Translations under genes and position numbers: made by a program
Assembly: GCA_019695375.1 (NCBI GenBank)
Contig: JAIBAC010000003.1
Span: 1 to 59,990, forward strand
Source of the DNA: Acidimicrobiia bacterium
GTDB lineage: Bacteria > Actinomycetota > Acidimicrobiia > UBA2766
Direction: 5' to 3'
DNA: 59,990 nucleotides
In this document: positions 54,588 through 59,990 of the stretch, one piece after another
Layout: each line of letters opens with the position of its first letter
Position numbering within the stretch: position 1 is the first letter of the stretch
The notes under the pieces: generated by a model
The model's input: only the letters and a program-made list of their open reading frames with translations
Databases searched by the model: none
Told to the model about the DNA's origin: nothing

Positions 54588-56894
54588 TTGCCAACTCGTC
54601 GACGACAAACGCGACGGTTCGGGGGAGCCGCCACCGCCGCCGCGACAATCCTCGTCGTGCTCGCGATGTCGGTCGGTGCCGTCCTCCCCCCGGCGGCACC
54701 CGCCGCCGCGGACTCCACCGCCGGCGCTCCCGCGGCGGCGAGCCCACGTGTCCTGGCGGGGATCGGGCAGATCTACGCCACCGGCCTCACTCCCGGGGGC
54801 GGCGTCACCCTCACCAAGGCGCGGCCGGCGCATCCGTGGTTCTGGCGCCAGGACCGACGCGACGCCCGCGTGACGACGGCCGTCGCCGACCGCTTCGGCA
54901 GCATCGCGTTCCGCGACCTCACCCAGGGCGGCACCTACGTCGTGCGTGACGTCGAGACCGGCTGGTCGGCACGGGCGACCGTGCTCGTCGAGGGGCAGAA
55001 CCCGCCCGAGTCGTTCTACCGCGCGACGACGATGCACGAGGGCCTCAACTACATCCCCATGCGCGACGGCATCACGCTCGCAGCGACCGTGCGGCCCCCC
55101 GTCGGCCGCTCGCTGGCGCAGGGCCCGGTGCCGACCGTCGTCGAGTACTCCGGGTACGGAGTCGCCGCGCCCCACGACGCCCTGACCGACCTCGTCAACC
55201 GGAAGCTGGGCAAGCCCCCCGACCCGCTGGCGCCGACCGGTGAGACATATGTGGGGAGCCTCCTCCTGCGCCTCGCCGGCTACGCCGTGGTGTCGGTGCA
55301 GCTACGCGGGACGGGCTGCTCCGGCGGCGAAGCCGACCTCTTCGACCTCCCGAGCGCCTACGACGGCTACGACGCGATCGAGACGGTCGCCGCGCAGGAC
55401 TTCGTCCTCGGCGGCAAGGTGGGGATGGTGGGTATCTCGTTCTCGGCGTTCAGCCAGATCGCGACCGCCGGGACGCGTCCGCCGCACCTCGCCGCGATCG
55501 CACCGCTGTCGTTCCTCGGACGCTTCTGGGACGTCGGCCGCCCCGGCGGCATCGTCAACAACGGGTTCGCGGAGGGCTGGCTGCGCGGCCGCCAGGCCAG
55601 CGCCGAACCGGCGCCGTCGGCGGGCGCGCTGGCATACGCGAACGCGCTCGTCGAGACCGACCCGGTGTGCCGTGGCAACCAGGTCCTGCGCCTTCAGACC
55701 CGCGACGCGATCACGATCCTGAGGTCGCAGCCGACGATGGCGCCCGACTACACGGCGCGCGACTTCACACGGTGGATGGCCCGCATCGAGGTCCCGGTCT
55801 TCGGCGCTCTCCAGTTCCAGGACGAGCAGACATCCGCTTACGCGATGCTGGCAGCGCGGACGCTGCTCGGCGCCAACGACAGGGTGTGGCTCAACCTCTC
55901 GAGCGGGGAGCACCGCGACGCGGTGAACGTCGGCACGTTCGTCGACCTCCTGGCGTTCCTCGACATCTTCGTCGCCGGACACGCTCCCACGATCAAGCCC
56001 TTGATCTACTTCGCGGCACCGGTCATCTTCGGCAACGACCACTCCAGCCTCCCGCTGCCGCCCTACCTGTTCCTCGACCACGACAGCGCCCGTCGCCAGT
56101 TCGAGTCGCGGCCGCGGGTCAGCATCGGGATCGAGCGGCCGGAGTCGTCCGCGCCAGGCGGGACACGCACGCGGTGGCAGATCGCCGCGAGCACGTGGCC
56201 GCCGGACGGTGCGACGATCTCGACGATGTACCTCGGCGACGGCGGCACGCTCACGCCGGATGCGGGCCCGGCGGCGCAGGCCTCCTACGTCTCCGATCCG
56301 ACGGCGCGCCCGCGCACCTACGGTCCCGACTGGACGGCGGTGCCCGACGGCGTCGGCCTCGGGTTCGTCTCGGCACCGCTCACGACCGATCTGGTCGCGG
56401 CCGGGCCGGCGGCCGCCGACCTGTGGCTGGAGTCCACGTCACCCGACACCGATGTCCAAGTGACCGTCACCGAGGTGCGCCCCGACGGCTCCGAGATGCT
56501 CGTCGACACCGGCGTGCAGCGCGCCTCGGTCCGCCACGTCGACGAGGCGGCGTCGACGCCGACGGTGCCGCAGATGACGTTCGACCGCATCGAGCCACTC
56601 GCAGCGGGGTTCAACGAGGTGCGCGTGCAGATCATGCCTTTCGCGCACGCGTTCCGTTCCGGCAGCCGGATCCGTGTCGTCGTCGCACCGGTGGGCGGCG
56701 ATCACACCGCCTGGGCGTTCGACGCCGTCGATGCGACGACGCGGCCGACGAACACGATCCGCCTCGGCGGCGCGTCCCCGTCGTCGGTGTCGTTCACCGT
56801 CCTCGACGGCACCGGCGTGCCGACGTCGCTGCCGCAGTGCAACCTGAGCGGCCAGCCCTGCAGGGACTACGTCGCGGCCGCCAACGGCGGCTGA
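54588..56894 (+). CDS. Secreted CocE/NonD family serine hydrolase
   Basis: Arg-rich signal peptide, MRDGITLAATVRPP, VEYSGY, GISFSA, PFAHAFRSGSRIR; start uncertain. Confidence 0.82.
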   Translation: MPTRRRQTRRFGGAATAAATILVVLAMSVGAVLPPAAPAAADSTAGAPAAASPRVLAGIGQIYATGLTPGGGVTLTKARPAHPWFWRQDRRDARVTTAVADRFGSIAFRDLTQGGTYVVRDVETGWSARATVLVEGQNPPESFYRATTMHEGLNYIPMRDGITLAATVRPPVGRSLAQGPVPTVVEYSGYGVAAPHDALTDLVNRKLGKPPDPLAPTGETYVGSLLLRLAGYAVVSVQLRGTGCSGGEADLFDLPSAYDGYDAIETVAAQDFVLGGKVGMVGISFSAFSQIATAGTRPPHLAAIAPLSFLGRFWDVGRPGGIVNNGFAEGWLRGRQASAEPAPSAGALAYANALVETDPVCRGNQVLRLQTRDAITILRSQPTMAPDYTARDFTRWMARIEVPVFGALQFQDEQTSAYAMLAARTLLGANDRVWLNLSSGEHRDAVNVGTFVDLLAFLDIFVAGHAPTIKPLIYFAAPVIFGNDHSSLPLPPYLFLDHDSARRQFESRPRVSIGIERPESSAPGGTRTRWQIAASTWPPDGATISTMYLGDGGTLTPDAGPAAQASYVSDPTARPRTYGPDWTAVPDGVGLGFVSAPLTTDLVAAGPAAADLWLESTSPDTDVQVTVTEVRPDGSEMLVDTGVQRASVRHVDEAASTPTVPQMTFDRIEPLAAGFNEVRVQIMPFAHAFRSGSRIRVVVAPVGGDHTAWAFDAVDATTRPTNTIRLGGASPSSVSFTVLDGTGVPTSLPQCNLSGQPCRDYVAAANGG

Positions 56895-56907
56895 GCGACG
56901 GAACCGG

Positions 56908-57684
56908 TCAGCCCTGCTGTCCGAAGCGCTCCAGGTAGGCGAGCGCGACGGCGCGGGACTCGGGGTCGGCAAGGGCGGACACGAGGCTGTCAGCGTCGGA
57001 CCAAGCGCGGCCGGTGCCCACGCTCTGGGCCGTGATCGCGTCGACGTGGCGCTTCGTCGCCCGCAGCGTCAACGCCGACTTGGACACGAGATCGGCGACC
57101 AGCGCGTCCACCTCTGCGTCGAGGCGCTCCGCCGGCACGACGCGGTTGACGAAGCCGGCCGTGCGTGCCTCTTCGGCGCTGAAGGGCCGGCAGGTCATCA
57201 CGAGCTCCTTGGTCAGCGCCGGGCCGATCTCGCGCACCAGGCGCGGGATGCCTCCCCACGCCAGCGGTATGCCGAGGTCGAGCTCGGGGATCGAGAAGTA
57301 GGTGTCGTCGGCGGCGACACGGAGGTCGCAGGCGGCAGCGAGCACGAGTGCGCCACCGACGCAGTGGCCGTGGATGCGGGCGACGGTGACGGCCTGCATC
57401 GCCTCGACTGCATCGGCCATCGCACGACCGAGGTCGGCCGCGTCACGCGCCGGCAGGTCGGGATCGGGCGTGACGAAGGTCGCGAGGTCGGCGCCGGCGG
57501 AGAAGGACCGGCCGCGCCCCGACACGACGACGACCTTGACCGCGGCCATCGTGTCGAACCAGCGGGCGGCCGCCGCGAGCTCGGCGAGCGTCGTGAGCGA
57601 GAGGGCGTTGCGCTTGTCGGGCCGGTCGAGCTCGATCCAGCCGCGGGCGCCGTCGGAACCGGCTTCGATCGTCGTGAACTGCAT
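56908..57684 (-). CDS. Enoyl-CoA hydratase/isomerase family protein
   Basis: RPDKRNALS, FSAGADL, CVGGA, FSIPE. Confidence 0.92.
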   Translation of the reverse strand: MQFTTIEAGSDGARGWIELDRPDKRNALSLTTLAELAAAARWFDTMAAVKVVVVSGRGRSFSAGADLATFVTPDPDLPARDAADLGRAMADAVEAMQAVTVARIHGHCVGGALVLAAACDLRVAADDTYFSIPELDLGIPLAWGGIPRLVREIGPALTKELVMTCRPFSAEEARTAGFVNRVVPAERLDAEVDALVADLVSKSALTLRATKRHVDAITAQSVGTGRAWSDADSLVSALADPESRAVALAYLERFGQQG

Positions 57685-57777
57685 GCGCCCATTGGAGCAC
57701 AGCTGCACGCGAGGGAGTTGTCCGAACCCTATCTATCGTGTCAGCATTATCGACGAAATCGCACAGGAGGCCCCGCA

Positions 57778-58272
57778 GTGTCCGAGGAGTTCACGATCAC
57801 GTTCCGCGAGGAGCACCGCCAGGTCCGTGACGGGCTCATGGACCTCAGCGACGCCTTCGCCGCACGCGACGGCGCGCGGGCGGGAGAGCTGCTCGGCACG
57901 ATCGCGGCGCTCACCGGTCCCCACTTCCGCTACGAGGAGGAGACCCTCTACCCGTCGCTCGTCCAGATCTTCGGCGCGGACTACGTCGACTCGTTGATCG
58001 ACGACCACGACGGCGCCATCGCGAGCGCACGGCGCCTCGTCGAGCTCGCCGGCAGCGACCTCGACGATGCCGCTGTCGCCGAGGCGCAGGGCCTCGTGCG
58101 TGGGATCCTGCCCCACGTGAGCGACTGCGACGGCCTCTCGATCATGGTCGAGCGCCTCAGCCCTGCCGAGGTCGACGCCATCTTCGCGAAGCGGGCCGAG
58201 ACCCTCGACGAAGGCCTCGACCTCCTCACCTGGGACGACACGGTGCGCAAGCGCCCCGCGCTCGCGGGCTGA
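57778..58272 (+). CDS. Hemerythrin-like domain protein
   Basis: EEHRQV, PHFRYEE, DDH, PHVSDCD; AGGAGG RBS, GTG start. Confidence 0.78.
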   Translation: MSEEFTITFREEHRQVRDGLMDLSDAFAARDGARAGELLGTIAALTGPHFRYEEETLYPSLVQIFGADYVDSLIDDHDGAIASARRLVELAGSDLDDAAVAEAQGLVRGILPHVSDCDGLSIMVERLSPAEVDAIFAKRAETLDEGLDLLTWDDTVRKRPALAG

Positions 58273-58302
58273 CGCTCATGCCCTGAGGGCGCTGAGGACC
58301 GG

Positions 58303-59562
58303 TCAGCCGTCGATGTCGTCGAAGCGGCTGTCACGCATGTGCAGTGCCGCGTATGTCATCGTCGTGCGCGACGCGTCTGCCCAGCCTCGGTCACGCAGCG
58401 TCCGGGCGTAGGAGCGCATGCGGTCGGCATGGGCCTCGACCACGCTGTGCAGCGGACCCGGCGGTGCCGCCAAGACGTCGGACGCCGACGACTCGAGGAG
58501 CGCCGCGGCCGCGTCTGTTTCGCCGGCGTCCGCGAGGTCGCGTGCACGGCGCAGCGACTGGATGCTCGTCAGCAGCGTGACCTGTTCGCTCACGTCGACG
58601 TCGAGTCCCGCCGCCGCGGCATCCTCCGCCGACGCGACGTTCGCGAGCAGGGGGACGGTGCGCTCGTGCAGCTTCACCTCGTCGCCGACCGATGTCCAGC
58701 GCAGCACGACCTCGCCCACGCGGGCGGGCCCCATCTCCTCGATCCCGGGGATTCCGAGATGGAACACGACCGCGCGCTGCTCGCTGCCGTAGCAGTCCCC
58801 GAGCTGCATCTGGACGCCGCCGGCCACGTCGACGGTCGGGTAGTCGTGCAGTATCTCGGCGAGGGCGCAGTCGTCGCCGGGGCGGATCTCGACGCTCACG
58901 TTCTGCGCCACGAGCGTGGCCAGCCGGTCCAGCTCACGCGCGAAGAGCCGTGGCAGGTCCTCGGCCGAGACGGCGTGGTGGGCGTTGCCGCCGCCCGCGT
59001 CGGTCATCGCGGTGAGCAGGTCCTCGTCGAAGCCGTCCCCGAGGCCGATCGTCGAGGTCGTAACCGAGTCGCCTCTCGCTCCGGCTGCCAGTGAGGACAG
59101 CTGGTCGAAGGACGTGATGCCGACGTTGGCGTGCCCGTCGGTGAGCAGCAGGACCCTGCGCGGCCGGTCGTCGTCGACGCGGCGCAGCTCCTCGACGCCC
59201 TTGAGCCAGCCGCCGGAGAGGTTGGTGGACCCGCCGGGGGCGATGTGGGCGAGAGCGCTCTTGATCTCGGGGCGCGTGGGGCTCCCGAGGCCGGCTTCGA
59301 GGACCACCTTGTCGTCGTAGGTGACCAGGGCGACCTCGTCCTCGGGCTGGAGGCGCTGTACGAACTCGAACGCCGCCTGAACAGCGAGCATCAGCGGCTC
59401 GCCTGCCATCGAGGCCGACCTGTCGATGACGACCGCTGCCGCGAACGGCTGGCGCTCGTCGGCGCCGGGTGGCGGTGGCGTCTGCACCTCGAAGAGGACG
59501 TTCACCTCTCCTGGTGACTGCAGCGCGAGCAGTTTGTGGTCGAAGCGGTACAGCGACTCCAT
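58303..59562 (-). CDS. VWA domain protein (YfbK-like)
   Basis: MIDAS DRSASM, GGSTNL, LLLTDGHANVG. Confidence 0.87.
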   Translation of the reverse strand: MESLYRFDHKLLALQSPGEVNVLFEVQTPPPPGADERQPFAAAVVIDRSASMAGEPLMLAVQAAFEFVQRLQPEDEVALVTYDDKVVLEAGLGSPTRPEIKSALAHIAPGGSTNLSGGWLKGVEELRRVDDDRPRRVLLLTDGHANVGITSFDQLSSLAAGARGDSVTTSTIGLGDGFDEDLLTAMTDAGGGNAHHAVSAEDLPRLFARELDRLATLVAQNVSVEIRPGDDCALAEILHDYPTVDVAGGVQMQLGDCYGSEQRAVVFHLGIPGIEEMGPARVGEVVLRWTSVGDEVKLHERTVPLLANVASAEDAAAAGLDVDVSEQVTLLTSIQSLRRARDLADAGETDAAAALLESSASDVLAAPPGPLHSVVEAHADRMRSYARTLRDRGWADASRTTMTYAALHMRDSRFDDIDG

Positions 59563-59647
59563 GTGGGCCCCCTCGGTGCTCGAGCCACCGTAAGACACCG
59601 GTGCGACATCGCCTCCCGGCGTCGCAGCGGCGCCCGTCGAGGGCGGG

Positions 59648-59990
59648 TCAGCGCGGATCCTCGCACGCCCGCCGCCACCGTTCGACGGCGGCATCGAACC
59701 CTCCGTCCGCGGCAGGTTCGGGGCCGCCGACCACTGCCGCAGCCTTGCCGGCAGGCGGCGGACCGGACGGATAGCTGAGCTGGATGCGGCTGTAGAGGCC
59801 GCCACCCTGGTCGAGGAAGCAGTCCGGTTCGGGCAGGGCGACGACGCCGGCAGGAACGAGGCCGAGATCGGCCAGGGCGCCCTCGGCCGCGGCGATCCCC
59901 GACATCATGGCGGGCGCCGCCGCCCGCGCGAACGGGCTCGCCACCGCGTCGCCGGCGACGTCGACCGCGCCGGCATCGGTGCGGCCGTTC
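59648..59990 (-). CDS. C-terminal end of unknown protein (starts beyond window)
   Basis: Frame stays open to the window edge: NGRTDAGAVDVAGDAVASPFARA...CFLDQGGGLYSRIQLSYP. Confidence 0.45.
   Translation of the reverse strand, partial: NGRTDAGAVDVAGDAVASPFARAAAPAMMSGIAAAEGALADLGLVPAGVVALPEPDCFLDQGGGLYSRIQLSYPSGPPPAGKAAAVVGGPEPAADGGFDAAVERWRRACEDPR

Overview
Very GC-rich bacterial window whose gene set suggests Actinomycetota, possibly Acidimicrobiia (inference, no search run). It holds about 55 mostly metabolic and stress-response genes: katG, a cydA-cydB-cydDC(fused) operon, a GH15/MFS/GMC/zwf/ndh cluster, an AraC-VOC-UvrA2 trio, many TetR/ArsR/MarR modules with visible palindromic operators, a GH3 glycosidase, an OYE, a CocE/NonD hydrolase, a hemerythrin and a VWA protein. 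I saw no rRNA, tRNA, CRISPR array or DDE transposase. Most interesting observations: (1) ~100-bp nested-palindrome intergenic elements of two unrelated sequence families with the same architecture; (2) an ArsR-rhodanese-linked module of an atypical ArsM-like methyltransferase, a tiny TusA-like ORF and DUF4395; (3) a reverse-order nucleotidyltransferase/HTH toxin-antitoxin-like pair; (4) a DUF4062-STAND-TPR protein; (5) an orphan OleC-like ligase coupled to a Cys-nucleophile hydrolase; (6) a TetR regulon with tandem CATACG-N4-CGTATG boxes, starting at a truncated repeat; (7) a DUF222-HNH gene flanked by ACTAGG next to an apparently truncated secreted protein. Family assignments come from motif recognition only.
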